Positions 1 to 9,171 are shown, counted from the first letter of the stretch. The stretch is 62,278 bases of DNA from Nanobdellati archaeon (GCA_013152815.1 JAADFO010000060.1:1-62278), one strand, 5' to 3'. Numbers and translations: made by a program. Notes: a model not told the origin generated them from the sequence alone.

Positions 1-1
1 T

Positions 2-892
2 TCGTGGTCCGGGGTGGGGTAGGCTTTTGAGGTCTGTTTTTGCGTGGAATCTTTTTTTTGCTTCTTTGTGGCGTCGGTAGAGGATGATTCCCCAGGCTGT
101 TGCCGCGAGTCCGAGCATGCCCGCGATATATCTCCAGAGCGGCACATTGAATATCCGTCGGTTCAGGAAGGTCTCTTCTATGAGGATGGTGCTGGAGACC
201 GATGTCTCATAGTCCAGATAGCTCGCATAGACCTTGAGCGTCGTGGTGCCGAGGGGTATGTCCCCCGGAAGCTTGGCCTCGAAGAGACGGGTGAACGAGT
301 GGTCGACCTCCACGGTTCCCTTCTGCAAGGTGATGTTTGTGCGATTCCCTGCCTTCCGAAGTTCAAGGACGCTCCGGTAGGTGACATTGAGCGGAACATC
401 GTTGAGGAGCTTGTTGAAGCTGATGCCGTATTGCATGCTCCTTCCTCTGAAGATTCTGTTCGTCGGTTCCACGATCTCGAGGAGCAGGGCGTTCACAGGA
501 CGGAATCCTCTTTTCCTGATCCTCACCACGACATCCACACTCTTCTCTTCACTGCCCTTGAGCACAAGCGTCCCCTCGTAGGTTCCGGTGGCATTGTTGC
601 CCAGTATCCGTATCGGGAGTCCGTAGCTTTCGCCTTTCCCTATGAAGAACCCTGTCTCCGTGAGATCGAGCAGCGTTGCTGCATCACCCTCTACAGAGAC
701 GGTGAACTGCTCACCTCCTGGTCCTTCGTTCGTTACCCGAAGTATGGTGTCCGCGATCTGGTCTTCCTTCACGTCGATCTGCAGCGGGTCAGGGCTTACG
801 CTGACCGTCCCATAGGCAAGGTGCAGCGAGAGCACCAGCAGGACACCAAGCAGGATGCTCCATTCCCCTAGCCTGAGCGTGTTCTTCTTCAT
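2..892 (-). CDS. secreted, membrane-anchored protein; 3' end lies beyond the window (absent from ORF track because no stop in window)
   Basis: Reverse-strand ATG at 892, frame open to the window edge. Translates MKKNTLRLGEWSILLGVLLVLSLHLAYG (signal-like), with NxT sequons, a C-terminal TM IAGMLGLAATAWGIILY and a basic tail. The + ORF 44..871 is its antisense shadow. Confidence 0.6.
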   Translation of the reverse strand, partial: MKKNTLRLGEWSILLGVLLVLSLHLAYGTVSVSPDPLQIDVKEDQIADTILRVTNEGPGGEQFTVSVEGDAATLLDLTETGFFIGKGESYGLPIRILGNNATGTYEGTLVLKGSEEKSVDVVVRIRKRGFRPVNALLLEIVEPTNRIFRGRSMQYGISFNKLLNDVPLNVTYRSVLELRKAGNRTNITLQKGTVEVDHSFTRLFEAKLPGDIPLGTTTLKVYASYLDYETSVSSTILIEETFLNRRIFNVPLWRYIAGMLGLAATAWGIILYRRHKEAKKRFHAKTDLKSLPHPGPR

Positions 893-901
893 GTCGCTTT
901 C

Positions 902-946
902 CTGTTTGTTCTGTTCTTGTCTGTTCTGTTCTTGTCTGTTCTGTTC
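902..946. repeat. 15-nt tandem repeat x3 (ttgtctgttctgttc; first copy degenerate)
   Basis: Read directly. Lies between the stop of the 1122-aa gene (984) and the ATG at 892, i.e. 10-55 nt upstream of the downstream minus-strand gene. Confidence 0.85.
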
Positions 947-983
947 CTGTTGTATCCTGGCAGCGGATGCTCTGCTCCCTGTC

Positions 984-3900
984 TCATCTTTTGCTGTTCT
1001 GCAGTCTTGCGACCAGGTCCATGGCGATGCGGTGGGTCTGTGCTCTGACCCGCTCCGACCCCTTCTTGAAAAGGACCTGTATGTTGCCGTAGATACGGTA
1101 GGCTCCACCATGATCCTCTCGGTCGAGACAGCGATGGGCATCCTTCACCATCTTGCTGATATAGCAACGGTCGATGTCTTCTGCGAGCTTCATCAGATCC
1201 TTTCCGAAAAACCGCTGTGATTCCTTGGGCAGCAGGGCGTATGCTTCGCGCAACCGTGCATATGCCTTTCCTGCAGCATCCGCCAGGTCCTGGGAAAGGT
1301 GGTCCTGTGCCTGTCCGATCCCTCTTCGAAGGAAGGAGAGCGCATAATCCTGTCTTGCCCTGCGGATCTCTTGACCTATGATCGCCTGCTCTTTCTTCTC
1401 CAGCCCTTCTCTTTCCTGTTCGCAGCGGTCAAGGAGGTCCTTGGCCCGGTCATGCCGGCCTTCCTCGACATATTCAGAGACGATCCTTAGGTCATGGCGT
1501 ATCCGCTTCCCCTCTTTGGACATGATGACCTTGGCGATTGCGTGACGCACCTGCTGCGCTTTTCTGCGGCCCGGACGATGTTCCGGATCCCTGCCTCTGG
1601 AGAGATTGAGGATACCGGTGTTGAATATGAGATAGACGACGAGGGAAAGGATCAGTGAGGCCAGGATGCTTGTCCTGGTGTCTATCCTGACGCCTCCATC
1701 TCCCTCTCTGCTGAGGAACGTGGCGAATCCGCTGAACAGGCCGCGCTTCGCAGGCGTGGGGACCTTGGTGTAGGTCAGGAGTGTCCTGGCCTGTTCTGCG
1801 ACGTCCAGATCAAGGAAGCCTTCACGATAGTAGACCAGACGCGCTGACCCTGCTTTCACCTTGATGAGCGGATCGTCCTTGATGATATCGACGTCGTCCA
1901 GGAACGTGAGGTCATCGGCCGAGGCAGAGAAGTTCTTCGGGATGACCTCTAGCACCATGAGGTCGCTCTGGTTGCCGGTGAAGGTGAAATCCTTTTCCAC
2001 AAGGGTGATGAGCCTCTTGGTCCCGTCGAGCGAGGTCAGCTCTGCAAGAGAGAGGAACGTCGAGACCGTGAGGCCCTGGCTTGCCTTCTGGTTGGCCGCT
2101 ATCCACTGCTCAAGTTCTTTGTCGTCTGGCGGATGGTCGAGGCTCGAGGCGAAGGCACGGGTCATGTCTTCTACATCAAGATCATTGTTGTATCTGACGA
2201 AGCTTCTGCTGTCCTTGACCGTAACGTCCTCGATGATGCTATTCTCTACGCTTTGGAGGCTCTTCAGCAGTTTGTCCCGTTCCTTGGCTTTCTCTTCATC
2301 ATTGATCCTCTTGTATTGGATGTTGAAGAGGTCCCGATGAGAGAGCTTCAGCTCTTTCTCTTTCTGGGTGATATCTTCCCGAAGGCCCAGGGCGTCGATG
2401 ACCCTGTTGGTCAGCTCATCTTTCCCTGCATAGGACTTCCGGATGCCGTCAAGACGGTCCAGGGCAGCACCGAGATCGAAACTGATGCCTTCACCGACGT
2501 CGGTGATGTTGGCGGTGTCTTCTGATCCTCCCGCATCTGTTGTCCCTGCCTCTGGCTGTGAGGTTCCCTGCCGGATGATGAACGATCCGCTTGCTTCATC
2601 GCTGTTCCCGAAGAGGTCCTGGCAGATGATCTTGAAATAGTTCGTTCCTGCAGCGGTTGCCGGTATGCTGAAGGTTACCGGTGTGTCATTGTCGACCTCA
2701 TGGAATCCGTTCAGGTCAGTGAAAAGGTTTGCGTAGATGCCCTGCTGTTCTTTGCATGTGGTCTGGGTCGCATCCTCCGTCTGATAGGTCACCATGACAG
2801 GACCGTGTTCGAATTCCTGCTCTTCATACGGCTGCTTGACGGTGATGATGGGTGCGGTGATGTCCAGGAAGGTCTGTCTGAGATGGACCGTTTTCTCCAA
2901 ATCCTTATCGACGGTCAGTTCTTCATAATGGTCTTCATAGCCCTGCTTGCTCACCGAGAGGAGATAGGTGCCCGAGAACAGGTCATAGGATACCCTTCCG
3001 TTATCGTCGGCGGTCTTGAAGGAGCTGTCCAGTTCCACGTCGGCTGCGCTCACGTTCCTCCCGGTGACGTTCTCTTTGATGGTGAGGTTGACATGGAAGC
3101 GCTGCTTGATGGAGACATATCTTTCAGCGCTCTTCTCCTGGTCGTTCGCGTCGATGACGGTCAGTCTGATGAGTATCTTTCCGACAGCGGGGAAGAGATG
3201 CTGGGGATTCTTTTCTGTGCTGTCGGTCACATAATCCTCGTTGAAGTCCCATTGATAACGGTAGGGCTGGACGCCGCCACCCACGACAGGATAAAAGGTG
3301 ATGCTTTCTCCTGGCGCTATGGTTCCCGGATTCGCGTTGAACGCCGCCTGCAGGTTGGTGAGGTTCTCGCTCTGGTTGGTCACCTCGAAGTATTCTTCCC
3401 GGATATCCTGGTTTCCGAGGTAGTCATATGTTGCCCGCACGGTATAGGTCCCGGGACGCTCTGGGTTGAGGAAGTATCCTGCGATGCCGCTCCCCTGGCT
3501 CGAGAAATGGAAATCCGGTCCGGCCAGGGTGATGTTGTGGGTGCTTTCCGGCCTTCCGATGACCGTGATGTCCACCTGATCCCCCAGTTCATAGCTCTCT
3601 TTGTCGAAGACGATATCGTAGGGGACACAACTGTTGCAGCTGCCTCCGCAGTCGATGTTCTCCTCCCCGGGATCAAGACGGCCGTTCTGGCAGCTGTCGG
3701 TGAGGGCGATGAGTGCGGTGAACTCAATCGCCTTTGACCAGATGTTTCCTGCCCTGTCCTTCGCCAGGAGGCTAAGGTCGTTGCTGCCGTTTCGGATGGA
3801 AAGGTTGACGGTCAGGTTTTCATCTTGTCCGATGACATGGCTCTGGTTCTGGTTGTTCAGGATGAGCGTGAGGTTGATCGGTTCGTCGGCACTGATGTTG

Positions 3901-4352
3901 AGTGGGATGATCTCGGCGCTTACATTGACGGTCTTGTTCTGGAGGTCAGGAAAGACCTGGACAGTGGGGTCGATGAGATCGACCCCGACGATGCTGACTG
4001 CCACCGAAGGGCTGAGGTTGGTGCTGTTGTCGAAGACACAGCTCGATACCAGTTCCTGCTGCCCTGTGCCCAGCACCAGGGGGAAGACAATGGTGCTGTT
4101 ACGGGCAGCATAGGTCACGATGAAGGAATCGTTCAGATAGATGTTGCAGGTCGCATTCTCGCCAAATCCGTGGGCGATGGTCAGGTTCAGGTCAGTGTGG
4201 TCTATCCATGAGCCGTTCTCAGGGACGAGGAAGGTGTGTGTCGGTGATGCCTGGACAGGCGACGAAGATATGGCGAGCAGGATAAGACAGAGCAGGGCTG
4301 ACAGGATGTTTCCTGCATCTGGCGTGTGCTCTCTGCGGATAGGCGGTCTCAT
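984..4352 (-). CDS. large type-I surface glycoprotein with PKD-like and carboxypeptidase-regulatory-like domains and a cytoplasmic helical tail
   Basis: 1122-aa ORF. Signal-like ILSALLCLILLAISSSPVQA and many NxS/T sequons. PKD-type motif PYRYQWDFNEDYVTDS...IRLTVID, followed by an adjacent beta-sandwich-like segment (NGRVSYDLFSGTYLLSVSKQGYE). Single TM ILASLILSLVVYLIFNTGIL followed by about 220 aa of charged helical sequence. Confidence 0.8.
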   Translation of the reverse strand: MRPPIRREHTPDAGNILSALLCLILLAISSSPVQASPTHTFLVPENGSWIDHTDLNLTIAHGFGENATCNIYLNDSFIVTYAARNSTIVFPLVLGTGQQELVSSCVFDNSTNLSPSVAVSIVGVDLIDPTVQVFPDLQNKTVNVSAEIIPLNISADEPINLTLILNNQNQSHVIGQDENLTVNLSIRNGSNDLSLLAKDRAGNIWSKAIEFTALIALTDSCQNGRLDPGEENIDCGGSCNSCVPYDIVFDKESYELGDQVDITVIGRPESTHNITLAGPDFHFSSQGSGIAGYFLNPERPGTYTVRATYDYLGNQDIREEYFEVTNQSENLTNLQAAFNANPGTIAPGESITFYPVVGGGVQPYRYQWDFNEDYVTDSTEKNPQHLFPAVGKILIRLTVIDANDQEKSAERYVSIKQRFHVNLTIKENVTGRNVSAADVELDSSFKTADDNGRVSYDLFSGTYLLSVSKQGYEDHYEELTVDKDLEKTVHLRQTFLDITAPIITVKQPYEEQEFEHGPVMVTYQTEDATQTTCKEQQGIYANLFTDLNGFHEVDNDTPVTFSIPATAAGTNYFKIICQDLFGNSDEASGSFIIRQGTSQPEAGTTDAGGSEDTANITDVGEGISFDLGAALDRLDGIRKSYAGKDELTNRVIDALGLREDITQKEKELKLSHRDLFNIQYKRINDEEKAKERDKLLKSLQSVENSIIEDVTVKDSRSFVRYNNDLDVEDMTRAFASSLDHPPDDKELEQWIAANQKASQGLTVSTFLSLAELTSLDGTKRLITLVEKDFTFTGNQSDLMVLEVIPKNFSASADDLTFLDDVDIIKDDPLIKVKAGSARLVYYREGFLDLDVAEQARTLLTYTKVPTPAKRGLFSGFATFLSREGDGGVRIDTRTSILASLILSLVVYLIFNTGILNLSRGRDPEHRPGRRKAQQVRHAIAKVIMSKEGKRIRHDLRIVSEYVEEGRHDRAKDLLDRCEQEREGLEKKEQAIIGQEIRRARQDYALSFLRRGIGQAQDHLSQDLADAAGKAYARLREAYALLPKESQRFFGKDLMKLAEDIDRCYISKMVKDAHRCLDREDHGGAYRIYGNIQVLFKKGSERVRAQTHRIAMDLVARLQNSKR

Positions 4353-4621
4353 CGGCTGACCTCCTGCCCGTTCTTTCCGTTCTTTCCTTTGCTTTGGCCC
4401 GGAATCTCTCTGGTTCTTCGTTCTTCCTGTTCACTGATCTTTCTGAGAGGGTATGATTCGAGGAACCTGGACCGTATGATGGATCGCACTGCCTCACTGA
4501 AATCCAGAAAATGTCCTTCAGATACCTGCTCTTCCACCGCCTCTATGAGGCTTACAGGCATCCTCACCGTCACGACGACATCGTTCACTCGCTGCACACT
4601 CTGTGGTTGCTGTCCTGTCAC
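4349..4621 (-). CDS. ribbon-helix-helix (CopG/Arc/MetJ-type) DNA-binding protein
   Basis: VVVTVRMPVSLIEAVEEQVSEGHFLDFSEAVRSIIRSRF fits a beta-strand/helix/helix RHH pattern. Its stop overlaps the ATG of the 1122-aa gene (ATGA, 4349-4352). Confidence 0.7.
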   Translation of the reverse strand: MTGQQPQSVQRVNDVVVTVRMPVSLIEAVEEQVSEGHFLDFSEAVRSIIRSRFLESYPLRKISEQEERRTREIPGQSKGKNGKNGQEVSR

Positions 4622-4673
4622 TTCTTTTCCTGTCGTTTCCTCTCTCGCATCCTTTCTCCGTTGTACTTGTCTT

Positions 4674-4871
4674 TCAATTGTTGTCTTTCAATTGTGCTTG
4701 TCTTGTATCGAGATGTTCTCTGGTGAACTCTCTTACGATCTCTGCGCGGGCATTATAGAGTCCTCTGGCCACAAGCCTGTCCATCCAGGAGACCATGATC
4801 TTCGGCAATCTGACGCTCACGGTCCTGATTTTTGGCAGCTGTCTCCTTTTGCCCTGTTTTTGTATACTCAT
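4674..4871 (-). CDS. ribbon-helix-helix (CopG-type) DNA-binding protein
   Basis: TVSVRLPKIMVSWMDRLVARGLYNARAEIVREFTREHL fits the RHH pattern. First gene of the minus-strand unit RHH-RHH-giant surface protein. Confidence 0.7.
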   Translation of the reverse strand: MSIQKQGKRRQLPKIRTVSVRLPKIMVSWMDRLVARGLYNARAEIVREFTREHLDTRQAQLKDNN

Positions 4872-4877
4872 ATCCTA

Positions 4878-4905
4878 TTCTGTATTCGTTCTGTATTATA
4901 TAAAC
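4878..4905 (-). promoter_or_regulatory. TATA box plus direct-repeat operator (TTCTGTATT x2, 11-bp period) directly upstream of RHH gene start 4871
   Basis: + strand ttctgtatt cg ttctgtatt atataaa. On the minus strand this reads TTTATAT then AATACAGAA-CG-AATACAGAA, then 6 nt, then ATG. The repeats lie between the TATA and the start codon. Confidence 0.55.
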
Positions 4906-5212
4906 CTTTCTATTTCGTGATTCTTAAGCTATTCTCTGTTGGAACTCGTCAATTTCCAGATGGTGTCTCTCCTGCAAATATTCATATTGTAATTATGTTG
5001 TAATCTCTATGTATTCAAGTACCTGTGTGATTCCTTCGAACTCGTATTTAATATTTAAAGAGAACTTCGGGTCATTTAAAAAGAGCAGATCTGCAGGGAA
5101 GAAATATTTAAATAAGGGTTCTGCTCTGTCCAATCATTCTGGAAAAAACAGAGGGCGATGGAAAAAGGGGGCAATGTTACGTTCGGCCGGAGATCGGGGC
5201 TGTTCAAAAGAT

Positions 5213-5248
5213 AAGGCAGATTATGCAGATTATGCAGCTAAGGCAGAT
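5213..5248. repeat. 9-nt periodic repeat x4 (aaggcagat tatgcagat tatgcagct aaggcagat)
   Basis: Read directly. Lies 35-70 nt upstream of the ATG at 5284, in the 412-bp divergent intergenic region. Confidence 0.8.
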
Positions 5249-5283
5249 AAGCAAATACGGAGAAAAAAGGTGGTGCTGAACTC

Positions 5284-7005
5284 ATGAAGCGGTTGCTCTT
5301 TGCGGTATTCTTCCTTCTTCTCGTGCTCCCTCTTGTTGTTCTCCCTGTGAAAGCTGACCGGGTCATAGCGAATTCCCAGGACTGGCGGGATGTCTACTCC
5401 TCCATGATCTACGCGAACCTCAATGGGGACACCTCTTCCTTCCTGGTCTCCCAGCGGCATGCGGCCCTTATCCTGAACACCATCCCGACGTCAGAGAAGC
5501 TTCTTGCCATCAGTTCGGTCGATAGGCCCTACATCGTCGGCTACAAGAGCTTCCTGGAAAGCAGGGGCTATACTGCCGATGAGGTGCGGGTGGATAATGC
5601 GAACCTCGAACTGGCCCGCCGTCTCACCGACACCAAGAAGTTCATCATCATCGACGATTCCTATGGTTATAATGCGGTCAGTGTCGGCCCCTATGCGTCC
5701 ATGACCAAATCCTATGTGCTCTTCGCCGACAGGAACACCATCGATGATGTGGTCAGCTTCCTCAACGACCGCAATCCCACGTCGGTCATCATCTATGGCA
5801 TCGTCGACCCTGAGGTGCGGGACGGTCTTGCCCCGTTCAATCCGGATATCATCAATTTCGACGGTGACCGTTTCAAGAACAACCTGGAGATCGTGAAACG
5901 CTACCAGAAGATCGCACCGAAGAAGCAGGTAATCCTCACCAACGGAGAATTCCTCGAGGAGGAGCTCCTCGGAGGGACCCAGCCGGTCCTTTTCCTCGGG
6001 GCCCAGAACGTCCCCAAAGAGATTGCCGACTATCTCAAGAACAGTGACTTCGAGGTGGCTGTGCTCATCGGCAACCAGTATGTCGGTTCTGCGACCGCCA
6101 TCAGACGGTCGACAGGTCTCAGCGTCTTCGTGAAGTTCGCCCAGAGCGCCCGTTCACCCCAGGGAGCCATCAATCCGGTGGAAGGCCTGGACATCTTCTA
6201 TCTGCCCATCGTCACCCTCTCGCTCCAGATATTCTCCGTGGAGTACAACCAGGCGACGGGCATGCTCGAAGTGACCCTGCGCAACAATGTGGAACAGGCG
6301 ACCTACTTCAAAGGGACCTATACGCTCCTCTATGGCGACACATCAAAGACCGTGGGAGATGAGAACACCCAGTTCATCCAGGGCAATGCTTTCATAACTC
6401 TGAACTATCCTGTGAATATCCTCGAGGAGAACACCACGGTCGATGCCTTTGTCATCTTTGGCGAATCCAAGTTCTCGCTGGAGCGCACCATCGAAGGGGT
6501 CTATAACCTGACCACGGTGAAGGTCTTTGACGAGTCTGACCTGGACATCATCGATGTGTATTATGATGCGCCCAACAGCCGGTTTGTCATCGAGATAAAG
6601 AATATCGGACCGGTCGATCTCTATGCCAATGCGGTCATCTCGCAGATCAGGATCAATGACATCCAGACCAATCTGGGCATGCTCGGTGATCCGCTGCTCA
6701 TCCCTGTCGGAGAGACCAGGAAACTGTTCATCAAGGCAGACCTCACCGACCAGGACATCGCCGACAACAAGGACCTAACGGTGCAGGTCCGTTACGGTCA
6801 GCGTTCGACCGCTCTCGTGAAATTGAAGAAGAAGACCTTTGCCCTGCGGGTGAAGAAGATGGACATCGTCTTCTATTCGCTCATCGGCATCATGGTCATC
6901 CTGCTCATCCTCATCCTGCTCACGCGCAAGAAGAGGTGCAAGCATTGCCATCATAAGAATCCCCGAAAAAGGAAGACATGTGAGAAATGCGGGGAGCGTC
7001 TCTGA
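5284..7005 (+). CDS. secreted surface protein with CWB2-like repeats, a C-terminal TM anchor and a cytoplasmic zinc-ribbon tail
   Basis: Signal peptide MKRLLFAVFFLLLVLPLVVLPVKA. Three about 90-aa modules resemble putative cell-wall-binding repeat 2 (ADRVIANSQDWRDVYSS..., FIIIDDSYGYNAVSVGPYAS..., QVILTNGEF...). TM IVFYSLIGIMVILLILILL is followed by CKHCHHKNPRKRKTCEKCG (CxxC...CxxC). Confidence 0.7.
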   Translation: MKRLLFAVFFLLLVLPLVVLPVKADRVIANSQDWRDVYSSMIYANLNGDTSSFLVSQRHAALILNTIPTSEKLLAISSVDRPYIVGYKSFLESRGYTADEVRVDNANLELARRLTDTKKFIIIDDSYGYNAVSVGPYASMTKSYVLFADRNTIDDVVSFLNDRNPTSVIIYGIVDPEVRDGLAPFNPDIINFDGDRFKNNLEIVKRYQKIAPKKQVILTNGEFLEEELLGGTQPVLFLGAQNVPKEIADYLKNSDFEVAVLIGNQYVGSATAIRRSTGLSVFVKFAQSARSPQGAINPVEGLDIFYLPIVTLSLQIFSVEYNQATGMLEVTLRNNVEQATYFKGTYTLLYGDTSKTVGDENTQFIQGNAFITLNYPVNILEENTTVDAFVIFGESKFSLERTIEGVYNLTTVKVFDESDLDIIDVYYDAPNSRFVIEIKNIGPVDLYANAVISQIRINDIQTNLGMLGDPLLIPVGETRKLFIKADLTDQDIADNKDLTVQVRYGQRSTALVKLKKKTFALRVKKMDIVFYSLIGIMVILLILILLTRKKRCKHCHHKNPRKRKTCEKCGERL

Positions 7006-8158
7006 GGTGAGGTGTCTGAGAACAACGACCATTATCCTTATTGTGCTGTTCCTGGGGCTAGTGTTCCTGCTGGCTGCATGTTCAGGGACCGATGATTCCC
7101 GCGATGGTGTCTCTGGTCCTGACGGCAATGCTGATGCTCTTGCAGGAGGTATCCCCTGTGATTCAGATGCTGGACTCATGCGTTGTGGAGATTCTTGCAT
7201 CCCTCTGGATTCCTGCTGCACCGATGCTGACTGCGACCTTCCTGAGAAGTGCATCGACCAGGGCTGTGTCGATCCTTGTCTGGATGTCGACTGCACTGCT
7301 CCCTTTGCCTGTGAAGACGGCTCCTGCGCATGTCCTGCCGGCCAGAAGGCCTGTGACGATACCTGCATCCCCGATTCCGGCTGCTGCGAAGAGACGTCTC
7401 TCCCTACGTCTCTCCCTACGCCTCTCCCTGCAGGGGTCTCTGCCGGGTCGACGACAGTATGTCCCAACGGGACCGTCTGCCATGACCATTCCTGCGTGGC
7501 CCTCTGTGATGTGGTCTCCTGTGATGCGAGCGAATACTGCGAGGCAGGCAGGTGTCTCTGCAAGGACGACTATTTCAAGGCCGCTTCCGGTGCCTGTCTC
7601 CCCCTGGGACTTTGCGAGGTCGACAGGGATTGTGCCGACGATGAATCCTGCGTCAGCGACCGTTGCACCAAGAACTGCTATTCCTATAAGGAACCGGTCC
7701 AGATCAGCGAATGTTTCCTCGAGCAGGCCGAGCTTCAGAAGGATGTCTCCAAATGCGAATTGGTGAAAGAGGACAAGCGTGACCTGTGCTATTTCAATGT
7801 GGCCGTCGCTTCCCAGAACAGGAAGGTCTGCTCCAGGCTCCAGACCGATCCGCCCATCGAGATCTACCGATACAACCAGCAGAACTGTGTGATCGCCGTC
7901 GCGAAGGCAGCCCATGACCCCGATCTCTGCGCGAACACCCCTTCCTGGACAAACCTGGATCCTCCTGATCTGGATGGCTACTGCCGGGAGGAGGTTGCCC
8001 ATTATCTGGAATCCCTACGCATCAAGGATATCGGCGAGTGTGGGACTGATTGCGATTGCCGACTGCGCTATGCCAAGAGGAACAGCATCGAGGACTGCAA
8101 GGGTGTCTGTGCAGATGACCAGGGTGAATGCACCGACTATTTCTACTTCTGGGGCTGA
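6980..8158 (+). CDS. cysteine-rich secreted lipoprotein
   Basis: Hydrophobic leader with lipobox-like LLAAC and repeated CxxDxDC-type Cys spacing throughout. The true start may be GTG at 7007, just after the upstream stop at 7003-7005. Two long minus-strand ORFs here are antisense shadows. Confidence 0.65.
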   Translation: MRNAGSVSEVRCLRTTTIILIVLFLGLVFLLAACSGTDDSRDGVSGPDGNADALAGGIPCDSDAGLMRCGDSCIPLDSCCTDADCDLPEKCIDQGCVDPCLDVDCTAPFACEDGSCACPAGQKACDDTCIPDSGCCEETSLPTSLPTPLPAGVSAGSTTVCPNGTVCHDHSCVALCDVVSCDASEYCEAGRCLCKDDYFKAASGACLPLGLCEVDRDCADDESCVSDRCTKNCYSYKEPVQISECFLEQAELQKDVSKCELVKEDKRDLCYFNVAVASQNRKVCSRLQTDPPIEIYRYNQQNCVIAVAKAAHDPDLCANTPSWTNLDPPDLDGYCREEVAHYLESLRIKDIGECGTDCDCRLRYAKRNSIEDCKGVCADDQGECTDYFYFWG

Positions 8159-8853
8159 GCTGCTGTCCGGTCCCTGCGCTTGGTTTGTCGACCGCTTTTC
8201 TGGTCCTTCTTCGCTCTTGACAGGTTGTAGAGCACCTCGTAGGCCTTCATGAGGTCCTGCTCAGAGAAATAGAAGATGATCTCCGGGATACAGGTGACCA
8301 TCTCATGGATGGAGATGTTGTGCAGGGCAATCTCCGAGGAAAGGACGTTGAGGACGCCCGGGGTCTCCCAGTGATGTTCGCGGAGATCGACGATGACCTC
8401 TCCCAGGCCGGTATCGGTGCCGATGATGTCCTTCTCTGAGAAGAGTCCCTTGACCTGCTCGATGTATTTGTCGTCGAGATAGATCTTCAACGATTTCTGT
8501 GCCCGGACGATGCGCACCCGATCGCTGTGGATATCAAGACCTTCGTCAGAGAGCCTTGGCAACAACCGTTCGACCTCGTCGTTCTTCCTGAGCATGATGG
8601 ATGCGATGTGGTTGTTGGAGGTGAGCTTCGCTCCGATGACGACCTTTGAGGCTGCTTCATGGGCCCTGATAAAGGGATCCTCTTCCTGATAGCGTCTGAT
8701 GGCCGAGATGATGGCATCGAGGGAGGCGTTCAGCAGGAGGCGTCGCTTCAGGTACATCGCCAGTGCCCGGGTGTTGATGAATCCTCTGGCGAGGTCTATC
8801 CTGATGCTCTGGGAATGACGGATCTCTTTCCAGACCGCTTCTTTGACGTTCAT
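8143..8853 (-). CDS. conserved hypothetical protein, possible ACT-domain regulator (COG2150-like)
   Basis: The track start at 8886 is GTG. ATG at 8853 is preceded by aaaggagacaaaggagag (SD-like). The C-terminal half (LGEVIVDLREHHWETPGVLNVLSSEIALHNISIHEMV) resembles an ACT fold. Function is uncertain. Confidence 0.5.
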   Translation of the reverse strand: MNVKEAVWKEIRHSQSIRIDLARGFINTRALAMYLKRRLLLNASLDAIISAIRRYQEEDPFIRAHEAASKVVIGAKLTSNNHIASIMLRKNDEVERLLPRLSDEGLDIHSDRVRIVRAQKSLKIYLDDKYIEQVKGLFSEKDIIGTDTGLGEVIVDLREHHWETPGVLNVLSSEIALHNISIHEMVTCIPEIIFYFSEQDLMKAYEVLYNLSRAKKDQKSGRQTKRRDRTAAQPQK

Positions 8854-8904
8854 GCAGTTTTTCTCTCCTTTGTCTCCTTTCCGCACGATTCTCCAGGTCT
8901 TTCC

Positions 8905-8924
8905 TTCCTGTATGCTTCCTGTAT
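8905..8924 (-). promoter_or_regulatory. direct-repeat operator-like site (TTCCTGTAT x2, 11-bp period) upstream of gene start 8853
   Basis: + strand ttcctgtat gc ttcctgtat. Core CTGTAT and spacing are the same as the site at 4878-4897. Confidence 0.45.
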
Positions 8925-9171
8925 ATCCACAAAATATGTCTTTTTATTATTGGATGTGTCTTACATTATAAATTTTACTGTTTTATGTCACAATCTTTTT
9001 ATTCTCTGCTTGATCATATTATGTTCACTTTCGCGTAGTATGTCGCTATGTTGCGTAGTGTGTTGATAGATCACCTGTACCCTGCCACTGACGGATGGAT
9101 GACCGTGATGAAAGACGATGGGCACCTTGATTGAGGATGAGCGATCTTGTGCTCATGGCACAGTGTAGTGA

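Noticed and set aside
44-871. 275-aa + strand ORF at the left edge
   Set aside because: It is exactly antisense to a minus-strand frame that has a signal peptide, sequons and a C-terminal TM. Its own sequence is compositionally odd (C/R/E-rich, no motif). Treated as a shadow ORF.
6775-8002. Two long minus-strand ORFs (6775..7563, 7163..8002)
   Set aside because: They are antisense to the Cys-rich lipoprotein gene, with R/G/S/P-rich low-complexity translations typical of shadow frames. Neither has a start context.
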